From a virus: a DNA stretch of 51,710 nt. The notes under the pieces are model-generated. The model did not search any database and was not told the origin of the DNA. It saw only the letters and a list, made by a program, of their open reading frames with translations. Position numbers and translations under genes: made by a program. The stretch is from the IMG/VR virus record IMGVR_UViG_3300002091_000003; one strand, written 5' to 3'. Positions 17,366-26,799 of the stretch are shown piece after piece. How positions within the stretch are numbered: position 1 is the first letter of the stretch; each line of letters opens with the position of its first letter.

Positions 17366-17689
17366 TTAGTAGAAGCTAGGGACATTGTAAATGACATTGT
17401 TGAGCGTGTAGCTAACCGCTGCGGTAACAGTAGTTGGAGCAACCGTAATAGCAGTATACAATGGGCCATTCCCATTGATGCTGACTGCACCAGTGTAAGA
17501 AACACCGTTAATCACTACAGTTCCACCAGTAGGGGTAGAAATCGACCAAGTAATGGCCGAAGTAGGAATAACGAAGGTATTTCCAGTTGTTACAGCAACG
17601 AAGTAAGGAGTCAAGGGTTGCCCCGACCCTGTATACAACAGGGCGGGGGCATTCAAGACATCCGATGGGGCGTAATCGCTAGAGTTCAT
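17366..17689 (-). CDS. small beta-rich virion protein (hypothetical)
   Basis: 107-aa ORF immediately downstream of the capsid gene. Confidence 0.6.
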   Translation of the reverse strand: MNSSDYAPSDVLNAPALLYTGSGQPLTPYFVAVTTGNTFVIPTSAITWSISTPTGGTVVINGVSYTGAVSINGNGPLYTAITVAPTTVTAAVSYTLNNVIYNVPSFY

Positions 17690-17709
17690 CGTATGTTTAA
17701 GTTACTTGG

Positions 17710-19119
17710 TTAGATGGGCTGGCTAACAACGCTGGAGCAGACGAAGCAATCTGGCGTTGCATCTGGCGCACCTTGAGGTGACAGAGTGCAAGGAGCAGGG
17801 ATGATAAGACGGCTGGTGTTGAGCCTGTGAAGGATCGAATGCATAAGCGTAGGATCTTGGAACTGCATTCCCATACGGAACTGATTCCAGAAGAAGCCTT
17901 GATCACGCTTGATGTTGCACTCCCAATCTGGGTTCTTCCACTGCCAATCGCCAGCGTAGTTCTGGGTCATGCCTTGAGCCTCACCGATTCCACTCTGGGA
18001 AGGGCTGATCCACTTGATCATGGCCTTGTTCACCCAGGGGTTGGTGATACCAAAGTCTGCATTGTTGTAGGCAGGGTTCTGAACATACTTACACCCAAGC
18101 TCCGTGGTAACGGGGATATAGGGAAGAACGCGAACCAGACGAGGCCAAGTTGCAACATTGGTAGCATCAAAAGTGGAAAGAGTATTGTTATAAGCATAAT
18201 CCACAGCAAGACGAACACCGTTGATGTCGTTGCAGAAAGCGTAGTTTCCGATAACGCGATCAATACCAAGGGAGTATTGAAGCTGCTTGTCATCGAAATC
18301 ACTGACGCTCTCCCACCATCCACCAGACTGCTTGGCATACTGCCAGAGTTGACGAAGGACACGGGCATCGGGAACAATGATCTCAAGGAGAGGACGACCA
18401 GCGGCCTCACTCACATCAAGACGATAAGCGTCATCTTCACGCTGGAGGTTGATGAGGATGTCATCAAGGGTATCCAGAGAGAGAAGACCAATGTTTCCAA
18501 GGTTAGAAGCTGCCATCTTCACATAGACATAGCCCATGTTGAAGCTGCCTTCAGCGGTTCCTTGGAACTCTTGGACGACAAACATCTGATCATCTTCAGC
18601 AACACAGGAAACAAGGCTCTGTCCGTTGGAAACGGGAACCCACCTGTGTCCTGCACCACCGATCCACTGACTACGAGCGAACTCCTCGTGGACATTCTTG
18701 GTGATGTTGACATTGGTTGCCATGATGTGATCCATCTCCTCTTGAGGAAACAGACGATACATGAAATCGGTAAGCTGATACCAATCGGTACGCATGGCCT
18801 TGGTGAAAAGGCTGAAGCTGTAGGATTCCGTCCCAGGGTGAGCAATAGTCTCAAACTGAACATCATCAGCATTCTGGATGCAGCGGTTGCTCTGGACTTC
18901 CTGCCAAGGCTGATCTGGGTTGTACCATCCACGACCAAAGCGGAAAGCCTTTTGGGTTGGGAGGGTGTTAAGGGGCCAAGTTTCTGTCTCAAGACGACCG
19001 TAATAGATCGAATTGATAGCCATCTTTTTAATAAAAAAGGGATTGTAGTACGTCCTAGCCTCCCTAAAGAGGGTATCGACATCCTGACAACTAGAGAATG
19101 TTACTCCGTTTTGTGCCAT
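17710..19119 (-). CDS. major capsid protein candidate
   Basis: 469 aa from the ATG at 19119 (MAQNGVTFSS...). Position after portal and scaffold. The tracked ORF extends upstream only through alternative starts. Fold not verifiable by eye. Confidence 0.6.
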   Translation of the reverse strand: MAQNGVTFSSCQDVDTLFREARTYYNPFFIKKMAINSIYYGRLETETWPLNTLPTQKAFRFGRGWYNPDQPWQEVQSNRCIQNADDVQFETIAHPGTESYSFSLFTKAMRTDWYQLTDFMYRLFPQEEMDHIMATNVNITKNVHEEFARSQWIGGAGHRWVPVSNGQSLVSCVAEDDQMFVVQEFQGTAEGSFNMGYVYVKMAASNLGNIGLLSLDTLDDILINLQREDDAYRLDVSEAAGRPLLEIIVPDARVLRQLWQYAKQSGGWWESVSDFDDKQLQYSLGIDRVIGNYAFCNDINGVRLAVDYAYNNTLSTFDATNVATWPRLVRVLPYIPVTTELGCKYVQNPAYNNADFGITNPWVNKAMIKWISPSQSGIGEAQGMTQNYAGDWQWKNPDWECNIKRDQGFFWNQFRMGMQFQDPTLMHSILHRLNTSRLIIPAPCTLSPQGAPDATPDCFVCSSVVSQPI

Positions 19120-19359
19120 ATAATTGATTTGTTTGTTTTTTAGAATTGTGTGCCATGAAAAGAGTCGTCTTTCCAAAACACGGTTTTGGTTTGTGAGCGA
19201 CTGGCAACCTCGCAGGATTGGTGTACCCGCCCCACTGCACTTTAGAATCACACCCCGCTTTTTTGTTTTATGTCAGGAGCTATCCTGACTGGTGCTTCAT
19301 CCAAGAGCAGTTGGGCAATTACCCCAACTAATCCAGATGTTGTGACTATTATTGAAAAT

Positions 19360-19872
19360 CTATCGTGGTGTCAATAGTTTTTTTGATAGATAAGAAATAG
19401 CTTTAGATAATAATTCTGAAGAATCCTTGAATTTGCCTAATCCTATATTGCATTCCATGCATAATAACCCGCGAACTTTTCCTGTTTTATGATCGTGATC
19501 TACAGCCAATTGCCTTCCAGTTAAACATTCGTCTTTGCAAATGGCGCATTTATGATTTTGTAAATAGAAAAGCTGATTGTATTTATCAAGAGTTATATTG
19601 AACTTGATTCTTAATTGTCTATTTTTTGTAGCTTCTGGGTTATTCTTGGCAGAACGCAATTTGTTAGAATTGTATCTCTCGCGGTTTTTCCTATTCCACT
19701 TTTTTGCATTTTTCCTGTTCTGAATAGGATTTTCTTTTGCCCATTTTCCATTCCTGCTTTTATTATTTTCAAAAACATCTTGAGTTACCCAATACTCTTT
19801 GCCTTTATTGTGGTAGCTCCAGAATATCTTTCCATCTTCTCGGATTGTTCCTCGTTTTACTCGTGCATTCAT
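19360..19872 (-). CDS. HNH endonuclease, T4 endonuclease VII-like
   Basis: CAICKDE...LAVDHDHKTGKVRGLLCMECNIGLGKF matches the DHDHxTGxxRGLLCxxCNxxLG signature. Confidence 0.8.
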   Translation of the reverse strand: MNARVKRGTIREDGKIFWSYHNKGKEYWVTQDVFENNKSRNGKWAKENPIQNRKNAKKWNRKNRERYNSNKLRSAKNNPEATKNRQLRIKFNITLDKYNQLFYLQNHKCAICKDECLTGRQLAVDHDHKTGKVRGLLCMECNIGLGKFKDSSELLSKAISYLSKKLLTPR

Positions 19873-19906
19873 ACACGAATAATACTACAAACTACAATCC
19901 AGTCAA

Positions 19907-21247
19907 TTACCTATTTCTAAACTTTGCAAAAAGTCCAGCGGGGGTAAGCTCCTCTTCTTGGTTTGCTTTCCCAGAAGAGGAAGAACTTACGCCTCCCTCC
20001 GAAGTCGAAGAGCCGCGCATCTTTTTGATTGTTTCGTTCAGTTCGGAAACTTGTTTCTCAAGGGCAAAAGTATATGCACGAGCCTTTTTAAATTTTGCTC
20101 CCTGCTGGAGTACGCGAGTGATCTGCTCTGGTGCAAAGTTGGAGTTCTCACGAAGTGCTGATTCAGCAATCAGTTCATCTTCCGAAGTGTCGTCATCAAT
20201 CTTATTGGAGGCAATGAGCTTGGCAACTTCCTCTGGATATTTAATAGAATCATCAAGCTGCTTTTTAGCTTCTGCAAAGGCATCATTCCAGCGTTTGGAA
20301 ACTTGGCTCTTGTTCATTTGCGTCCTACGAGACTTCTCCTCTTCAGTACGGGAACGGGTCACTTCCCATTCTTGGAGGGCTTGAATCCTAGACTCAACTT
20401 TACCAAGAACATCATAAGCCGTAGAGTTGAATTTAGCCTGTTCCATAGGCGAGAGATTCTCGTAGATGGCGTTAAGAGTTTGTTTGGAAATTTCGCGTTG
20501 TCTGATCCTTTCATTTTGATCTGGGGTTTGAAGTGATGCTTGATATGCGGCAACTGCTTTCTCAAATTCCATGATGCTTGTAGGGTCTTCAGACAGGAGC
20601 ATCTTGACTTGGTTGTAACCAACCGCAATTGGTTGATCAAATGTCTCTTGGAAGATTGGATCGGCTGGAAGATTGAGATAGGCATTAGCTTTACGAAGAT
20701 CATCCAGTTCTGCATTGAGCTTTTCTTCACGCTCCTGCTTCTCTTTTACGGTCAGTTCAAGATCCTTCTGGAGTTGCTCCATCTGCTTCTTGGTTCCACC
20801 GTCATCTATCTTGGATCGTAGTTCCTCAATCTGCTTTTCGTACTCTGGAAGTTTTGCCTTCTCGTACTCATCAATCTTTTTCTTTAGCTCAACGGCTTCC
20901 TTGGAAAGTTGCTCATTTGTCTGCTTGAGGCTCTTGATAAACCCTGGCTTCTTCTCATCATCCACAAGTGATGCCTTTATCTTTGGCTCATCATCATTGG
21001 TGTTTTCCTCAACAGACCTTGCTTCCTTTGCTGCATCAATCTGATCGCGTTGTTCAGCACTATCTTGATTCAGCTTTGTAGCAAACTTCTTGAAAAGATC
21101 AGAAGGGTTTCCCTGTGGGGCATCCTTGATGTCTGCCTTGAAAAAGTTATCGGCTTCCTTGATTGCTGCATCCCTTGCGGCTTTGTCAGCTACAGATGCG
21201 GCAGTAAGGTTTGCGTTCTGGGAATTTTGGGTTGCTGGTTCGGACAT
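19907..21247 (-). CDS. scaffolding protein candidate
   Basis: 446 aa, highly charged Glu/Lys-rich predicted coiled coil. Located between the portal and capsid genes. Confidence 0.6.
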   Translation of the reverse strand: MSEPATQNSQNANLTAASVADKAARDAAIKEADNFFKADIKDAPQGNPSDLFKKFATKLNQDSAEQRDQIDAAKEARSVEENTNDDEPKIKASLVDDEKKPGFIKSLKQTNEQLSKEAVELKKKIDEYEKAKLPEYEKQIEELRSKIDDGGTKKQMEQLQKDLELTVKEKQEREEKLNAELDDLRKANAYLNLPADPIFQETFDQPIAVGYNQVKMLLSEDPTSIMEFEKAVAAYQASLQTPDQNERIRQREISKQTLNAIYENLSPMEQAKFNSTAYDVLGKVESRIQALQEWEVTRSRTEEEKSRRTQMNKSQVSKRWNDAFAEAKKQLDDSIKYPEEVAKLIASNKIDDDTSEDELIAESALRENSNFAPEQITRVLQQGAKFKKARAYTFALEKQVSELNETIKKMRGSSTSEGGVSSSSSGKANQEEELTPAGLFAKFRNR

Positions 21248-21268
21248 AATAGTGGTTTTTTGTGGTTG

Positions 21269-21550
21269 TTATTTGCGTAAGGATATTTCTTCTGCTGTCA
21301 AACTTTCGTCTAAATCGGGATCAGTATCTTTCTTCTTGTCTTCAACGATTTCTTGGGGCTTCACACGACCAGAATCATGGAAAGTATTATCTATGGCTTC
21401 TGATGCATACTCTTGGAGCAGCTTAAAAACAGCAACAACGGTTGCATGGTCATTCTTTACCAAGTCCTCATAGATTGAGGTTTTTAACTCGCTATACCTT
21501 TTGTCGTTGATGATTGCTGCTGCAAGGTTTGAGGTATTTTTATCAGCCAT
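21269..21550 (-). CDS. small acidic hypothetical protein
   Basis: 93-aa ORF. Its start overlaps the portal stop (ATGGCTGA). Confidence 0.6.
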   Translation of the reverse strand: MADKNTSNLAAAIINDKRYSELKTSIYEDLVKNDHATVVAVFKLLQEYASEAIDNTFHDSGRVKPQEIVEDKKKDTDPDLDESLTAEEISLRK

Positions 21551-24158
21551 TTTGTTGTCCTATTTGCGGGTTGCTTTGCGTTACTTGTTCTTGAGCTTGG
21601 ATAGCCTGTTGTTGAGCAGCCATTTCTTGGGCATTCATTTGCTCATTGTGTCCCATGTCTTGTTCATGACTTGCTTGGGAAGTTTGTGTTTCGACCCAAT
21701 GCTTGTTCCTCTTGATTTGAATGTCATTAGCAGCCTTGGCTCTCTTATTCGCAATATCAGTGGAAGCCTTCTCCATGTATGCGGCATTGTGAAGCTGTGC
21801 CTTTTGAGCGATTGCCGCCAGCTTGATGTCTTCCTTCTTCTGCATGGTATCAACAATGATTGATTCCCTTGCAAGGAGGGCTTGGAGCTTGGCTTGGTTC
21901 TCGTCCATTTGGCCTTGTCCTCCCTTTTGCTGTCTTGCTTTTGTCATTTCACCAAGTTGGCTACCAAGTTCATCAACTGCTCGTTGAAGCTGTTGAAGCT
22001 GTTGGGCAAACTGTTGGGCAAGATTCTTTTTGCTTGGGTCTTTCTGAATGAATCCAAGGTGAGCAGTCATGTGCGGCCCCTTGAAGCGCATGAGGCAAGC
22101 ATAGATTTCACGCATAAGCTCAAAGGTTTCATCCTCGTCAAACTGTGATGCGCCTTGGCCTTGCTGACCTTGCTGCATAGAAGCAGCAGCAGCTTGCATT
22201 GCCTGTTGAGCTTCCTGCATGGACATTCCAGCATCTTGGATGTGGCCTTGGAAATGTTCGATGTGGTTCTGATCTGGGTAGACTTGGAAGTTTGCAGGGT
22301 TGCCCTTTGGATCAGTCATACCAATGTTCTCCATAGATATGATTCCCTTCTCGTCTGGAATATCAATCTTGGTCTGTTGGAAGTAACGGCTGACATTCTG
22401 ACGACCATTAAGTGCAGCAATAGCATCTTGGATGGCATTGGCTTGCCCCTCATTCATTGGGGTCATGCCCGTGAGGGAGACGGTCTGTTGAGCAGCCATC
22501 AGCTTGTAAGATGGGCTACCAGAGCCAGCAAGCATATTGCTCTCTAGGTTCTCAATGTTCTCCCACTTCCATGCTTCCTTTGGAACTCCATTTTCTTCCA
22601 TGAAGTCTACAAACTTCTGTCTGATTTTGTATCCGTATCCACCCTTGGTAGTACGGCTCATGCGCTTGTATAGGAGCCTCAACCAGCGGGTCTGGTTATC
22701 ATTGAAACGACGAATTTGTGTTCCTTGGAGCTTGGCAGATTCAGCGGCATCAAGTTCGGCTTCTCCCTTGGTGCGTTGTTGGCCTCCTTTGTTGGACATA
22801 CCAATGTTGTATGCCCCAATTCCACGGTAAAGATCAGCTTGGTAGAACTGGATTCCAGATAGAATCTCTTGGAACGGGATGTTTACGGAAACTTGGTGTG
22901 GCTCGACATCCTGTGGAAGAACCATCCAAGGCATCCACTCCATTTGTTTGAGCTTCTTGGTTGCTTCAGCGGAACCTCCCTTGAACATTAAGCGGGTATT
23001 CCAATCCACAGAATCCATAAAACGATTCATGTGGATGTCATAGGCGCGGCACTGAATAAAGATAGCCTCGGCTAGTCCTTGGATCTCATGCCAGATTCCG
23101 CTTCCCGTGGAGTCGCACATTGGGGCAATAATATCCTCCCAACCGTCCTCATCCTTTTCTACCCAATCCTTTTTGTAGTAAAGGAAACCAGTTTGGTCAC
23201 GGTATTCTTCTTCAGTAAGGTCTTTGCGTCCGTTCTCTTTATAACCAAGAACAAGTCCACCGTAGTTCTGGAGCAAGAGCATCTTGGAAATAGATCCGTT
23301 GAACTCCATGATGTAGAGTTCATAAAGCTCAATACGAAGTGTATAGAGTCTAGAAAGGTTCATGTTACCACTGGCAACATCTCGCAACCATTCCGTATTG
23401 GTATAGGTATTGCGATAGTTTGTGGTAAACATTCGTAGGGCATCTACGCAAGCCCAGAAGTTCCATCCCATATCGGTAGCATACTGACGGGCTTTTTCTG
23501 GATCTTCCTCTCCTCCTGTAATCTTTAACCAAAACTCAAGGGGGGTATAGGATCGCTTAATACAAACCTCACCAAGGTTGGTTAGATCGGCGTATGTCTT
23601 GTCTGGGATAAGCACATTGGAGTTATGGAAACTCTTTGTAGGCCAGCCATCACGATCTTCTGCAATTTCAAATCCTTTTCCGTAAAGGGTCATCTCCTCA
23701 ACATCCAATTCCACATTGTAGTTGTAGGAAGGCCAAGCACGAAGCATACGGTCAAACCCAACACTGATAAGATCACTCCAGATTTTCTTCTCGGTAGGAT
23801 TACCAAGTTTTGTGGTGATATTTGCAGCAGTATTTCGCTCCATTACCATGTCCACGAAGCTGGACTTCTGATTATCAACAATGAACTTCATTTGACGGAA
23901 TGGAACATTGCTCATTCCAGAAAGCTGACGGGAAGCTACTTGGCTATAGTCCGTAGGGGGGAATCCTTTATAGCACTTGTAGATGCGTCCCCACTTGCGT
24001 TCGCGTCCTGCATTATCAAGGCGAAGATTCCAGCAGATAGTAAAAGCATCATTGGCAGTTTGGACACGGCTTGTAGGAGCAACACCGTTTGAGTTGATGG
24101 TATTAAACCCCCAACTTGAAACACCCTCACGATTTACTATCTTTTTTGTTTTAGCCAT
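21543..24158 (-). CDS. portal protein candidate with a long Gln/Ala-rich C-terminal extension
   Basis: 871 aa. Second gene of the late arm, divergent from TerL and upstream of scaffold and capsid. The last ~250 aa are Q/A-rich helical sequence. Confidence 0.65.
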   Translation of the reverse strand: MAKTKKIVNREGVSSWGFNTINSNGVAPTSRVQTANDAFTICWNLRLDNAGRERKWGRIYKCYKGFPPTDYSQVASRQLSGMSNVPFRQMKFIVDNQKSSFVDMVMERNTAANITTKLGNPTEKKIWSDLISVGFDRMLRAWPSYNYNVELDVEEMTLYGKGFEIAEDRDGWPTKSFHNSNVLIPDKTYADLTNLGEVCIKRSYTPLEFWLKITGGEEDPEKARQYATDMGWNFWACVDALRMFTTNYRNTYTNTEWLRDVASGNMNLSRLYTLRIELYELYIMEFNGSISKMLLLQNYGGLVLGYKENGRKDLTEEEYRDQTGFLYYKKDWVEKDEDGWEDIIAPMCDSTGSGIWHEIQGLAEAIFIQCRAYDIHMNRFMDSVDWNTRLMFKGGSAEATKKLKQMEWMPWMVLPQDVEPHQVSVNIPFQEILSGIQFYQADLYRGIGAYNIGMSNKGGQQRTKGEAELDAAESAKLQGTQIRRFNDNQTRWLRLLYKRMSRTTKGGYGYKIRQKFVDFMEENGVPKEAWKWENIENLESNMLAGSGSPSYKLMAAQQTVSLTGMTPMNEGQANAIQDAIAALNGRQNVSRYFQQTKIDIPDEKGIISMENIGMTDPKGNPANFQVYPDQNHIEHFQGHIQDAGMSMQEAQQAMQAAAASMQQGQQGQGASQFDEDETFELMREIYACLMRFKGPHMTAHLGFIQKDPSKKNLAQQFAQQLQQLQRAVDELGSQLGEMTKARQQKGGQGQMDENQAKLQALLARESIIVDTMQKKEDIKLAAIAQKAQLHNAAYMEKASTDIANKRAKAANDIQIKRNKHWVETQTSQASHEQDMGHNEQMNAQEMAAQQQAIQAQEQVTQSNPQIGQQNG

Positions 24159-24547
24159 TATCCAAGTGCTTGATTAAGTGCCTCGCGGCGTTTCTTGCAA
24201 GCTGTGCAACCTTTAGCCCTTTGCTCAAGGTTTGGATTAATACCAAGGCTTGAGGCAACACGGTCACCAAGGTTGGCAAACTTGTGAATTACATTAGCAA
24301 CTTTGTCTCCAGCTTCCTTCCAGCAAAACTGACCAGGAATTCTTTCACAAATTTGCTGTTCGATAAGGTAGTCTAAATTATCTGGAACGGCAACATTATT
24401 ATTCTTCATGTCGCTTGACACTTTATTGGAAAAACTTCTTCCATAAACTGTCTCCATTCCATTAACACGATAAACATTTCCTTTATCGTCGCTATATTCA
24501 TACCAGAGTCCACTTGGAATCGGGCCGTTGCGGTCTTTTAATCTCAT
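24158..24547 (-). CDS. hypothetical Cys4 protein (first gene of the late arm)
   Basis: ATG at 24547 with GGAG 7 nt upstream. 129 aa. CERIPGQFC and CTAC cysteine pairs. Its stop overlaps the portal ATG (TAATG). Confidence 0.6.
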   Translation of the reverse strand: MRLKDRNGPIPSGLWYEYSDDKGNVYRVNGMETVYGRSFSNKVSSDMKNNNVAVPDNLDYLIEQQICERIPGQFCWKEAGDKVANVIHKFANLGDRVASSLGINPNLEQRAKGCTACKKRREALNQALG

Positions 24548-24575
24548 AGGTTGCTCCAATGACTTGCCTTTTTTT

Positions 24576-24589
24576 TAAATATTTGTCAA
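24576..24589. promoter_or_regulatory. 14-mer TAAATATTTGTCAA in the 55-bp divergent intergenic region, repeated (inverted) at 30871..30884
   Basis: Exact 14-nt match read on opposite strands. Contains TTGACA on the minus strand. Confidence 0.5.
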
Positions 24590-24602
24590 TAGTTCATATT
24601 AC

Positions 24603-26528
24603 ATGGACTACAAAGGATTGTGCTTGGATGAACCCCAAGATACAGATTATGGTATTGAGGCATTTCAAAGTCTTCCCCAATTTATTAGGGAATTAACTGC
24701 CTATCGAATTACCCGTGGTGAGTTTGGTAGACGCGAAAGGATCAAGTTAGGGATCAAACTTGAGAATACTACCCTCAAGAATCCAGCACAGCACATGGTG
24801 AACTGCTTCAAGCTCATTTATGGGGATGAGGTTTTGCTCCAATCCCAAGGAATCGCCAACAATTATGCCTTGGATATTATTGAATTGTTCTGCAATGAGA
24901 ACGATTGGGGTATTGCAGGGTGCGCTTCCAGCGGAAAAACCTTTTCGGTAGCTGCTTGTATCGTGGTTGATTGGCTTTGCGCTCCAGACTGTACCTCAAC
25001 CTATGTGGCTTCTACCTCATTGGACGCTTCTGAAGATCGTCTCTGGGGTAAGGTTTGCACCCTCTATCGTATTGCAATGAGGAACCTCCAATCCAAGTAC
25101 GGTAGCGTAGCTGCCATTGGAAACCTTGTGGAATACCGAAGGATGATTGTATTTGAGTCCATTGATACCCGTGATACGGAACGAGACTACACGAATGCCA
25201 TTAAAGCCCTAGCATTTCCCCGTGGAGGCGAGGGCAAGAGGTCTGTGGAGAATACAAGGGGTCGTAAGAACGCGAGGATGCGCCTATTCCTTGACGAATT
25301 GGCAGAAATGGATCTGTACGCACTGGATACCCGTGTAAACCTTGGAGCCAATCCTGACTTCATTTTTGGTGGTATGGCAAATCCGTCAAATACTGCCAAC
25401 AACCCACATACGGAGCTTTGTCAGCCAGAGGATGTATTGGAATGGGATGCTGTAAACCGTTATACCAAGCAATGGAAGACCCGTACTGGCGTTGCGTTGC
25501 ACCTTTCGGGAGAAGATAGCCCCAATTTCCAGAAGCCAGATGCAGATGTCCCTCCATTTGACAGGTTTTTGACGATTCAAGGTGAGGCTGCAACACTCAA
25601 ACGCTGTTATGGCAACAAGAATGCCCTTGAATACTGGCGAAATGTCTATGGCTGGTGGCCCGATAGCTCCGTTGAGCTTACGATCTTCTCAAAACAGTTC
25701 ATTACCAACTGCGATATAGCTTGGGAACCTCGCTGGAGTGCTAGAACCAAGGTTGTTTGTGGCTTTGACCCTGCATTTACGGCAGGAGGAGACAGATGTG
25801 CTGCTACTTTTTGCCGCTTTGGAGCCAATGATACTGGCAGGAACCTTGGCTTCTACCTTGGAACCCGTGAATACACCTCTTCTGTAGGAGAAGTCTTTGA
25901 AGAAAGCATTGCAATTCAAGTTGTTAGGGACTGTTTGGAGTTTGGAGTTCATCCCAGAGACTTTGGATTGGATATATCTGGTGATGGCGGCAAGATGATG
26001 AGGGCAATTATCATCGAATGGAGCAAGAATCATCCAGAGGCAATGTATGTTTTCCCCATATCTTCTATGGGGCCGCCAACAGACAGGAAGATTTCCAACC
26101 TTGATACCCGTACTTGCAAGGAAGCCTACGACAGGCTGGTTACGGAATACTGGTTTGCCGTCCATACTGCCTTTTCTACCCGTTCCTTGGTTGGTATCAG
26201 CCTCAATGACCATGCCATGATGGTTTCGGAGTTGTGCAGTCGTCTTTATACCCACAAGGGCAGGAAGGTTGCAGTCGAGAAGAAGTCTGACATGAAGCAA
26301 CGCATCAAGAAGTCTCCCGATTTGGCTGATTCGATGACCTATGCCGTTCAGATGCTCCGTAGGGCTGGACTAGAGTTCAACTTTGAAAAAGAGGTTGAAT
26401 CTTTGGACATCCAAGAGATCCAGGATTGGGAGAACAGGTTGATCAAGAACCGTGGGGACAAGGAAAGCCCAGATGGTGATGATGACATGAGCTACGCTGG
26501 AACATCCGTGGATGAGGATGGTTTTTAA
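24603..26528 (+). CDS. terL: terminase large subunit
   Basis: Walker A GCASSGKTFS, Walker B RLFLDELAEM. Nuclease-domain acidic motifs GFDPAFTAGGDRCA, GLDISGDGG, DLADSMTYA. 641 aa. Confidence 0.85.
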   Translation: MDYKGLCLDEPQDTDYGIEAFQSLPQFIRELTAYRITRGEFGRRERIKLGIKLENTTLKNPAQHMVNCFKLIYGDEVLLQSQGIANNYALDIIELFCNENDWGIAGCASSGKTFSVAACIVVDWLCAPDCTSTYVASTSLDASEDRLWGKVCTLYRIAMRNLQSKYGSVAAIGNLVEYRRMIVFESIDTRDTERDYTNAIKALAFPRGGEGKRSVENTRGRKNARMRLFLDELAEMDLYALDTRVNLGANPDFIFGGMANPSNTANNPHTELCQPEDVLEWDAVNRYTKQWKTRTGVALHLSGEDSPNFQKPDADVPPFDRFLTIQGEAATLKRCYGNKNALEYWRNVYGWWPDSSVELTIFSKQFITNCDIAWEPRWSARTKVVCGFDPAFTAGGDRCAATFCRFGANDTGRNLGFYLGTREYTSSVGEVFEESIAIQVVRDCLEFGVHPRDFGLDISGDGGKMMRAIIIEWSKNHPEAMYVFPISSMGPPTDRKISNLDTRTCKEAYDRLVTEYWFAVHTAFSTRSLVGISLNDHAMMVSELCSRLYTHKGRKVAVEKKSDMKQRIKKSPDLADSMTYAVQMLRRAGLEFNFEKEVESLDIQEIQDWENRLIKNRGDKESPDGDDDMSYAGTSVDEDGF

Positions 26529-26617
26529 AATTGCTTGACGGCCTTTTGATTCTACCCCATAGTCTCCTCATTCTGAATGATGAAGCATTTAGAGCTAAAG
26601 ATTTTCTGACCCCAGAA

Positions 26618-26659
26618 GACCCGCTGTTGTGCTTCATCGCTTCAGCGGGTCTGCCTTTT
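26618..26659 (+). terminator. stem-loop plus T-run downstream of terL
   Basis: GACCCGCTG-16 nt-CAGCGGGTC followed by tgcctttta. Lies 90 nt after the terL stop. Confidence 0.45.
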
Positions 26660-26799
26660 AAGGGATACTCGCAAGAATTGAGGATGGGTGTGAATGCGTA
26701 CCACATGATCCAAGAACTCGGCTTTGGAGAACCAAAACTCCTTACCCGATGGTTGGGTAAAAATGTATTGCCTTCAGCAAAAGCGGAGGGCAGTGATTT

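Noticed and set aside
17827-19143. A 438-aa plus-strand ORF spanning almost the whole capsid gene.
   Set aside because: It is fully antisense to a better-supported late gene and has no independent start context or motifs. Its composition is typical of the reverse frame of a codon-biased gene, so it is judged an antisense artefact.
19120-19906. A group I intron carrying the endonuclease VII-like ORF.
   Set aside because: The flanking scaffold and capsid ORFs are each complete with their own start and stop. No split exon can be reconstructed, and I could not trace P3-P9-type pairings.
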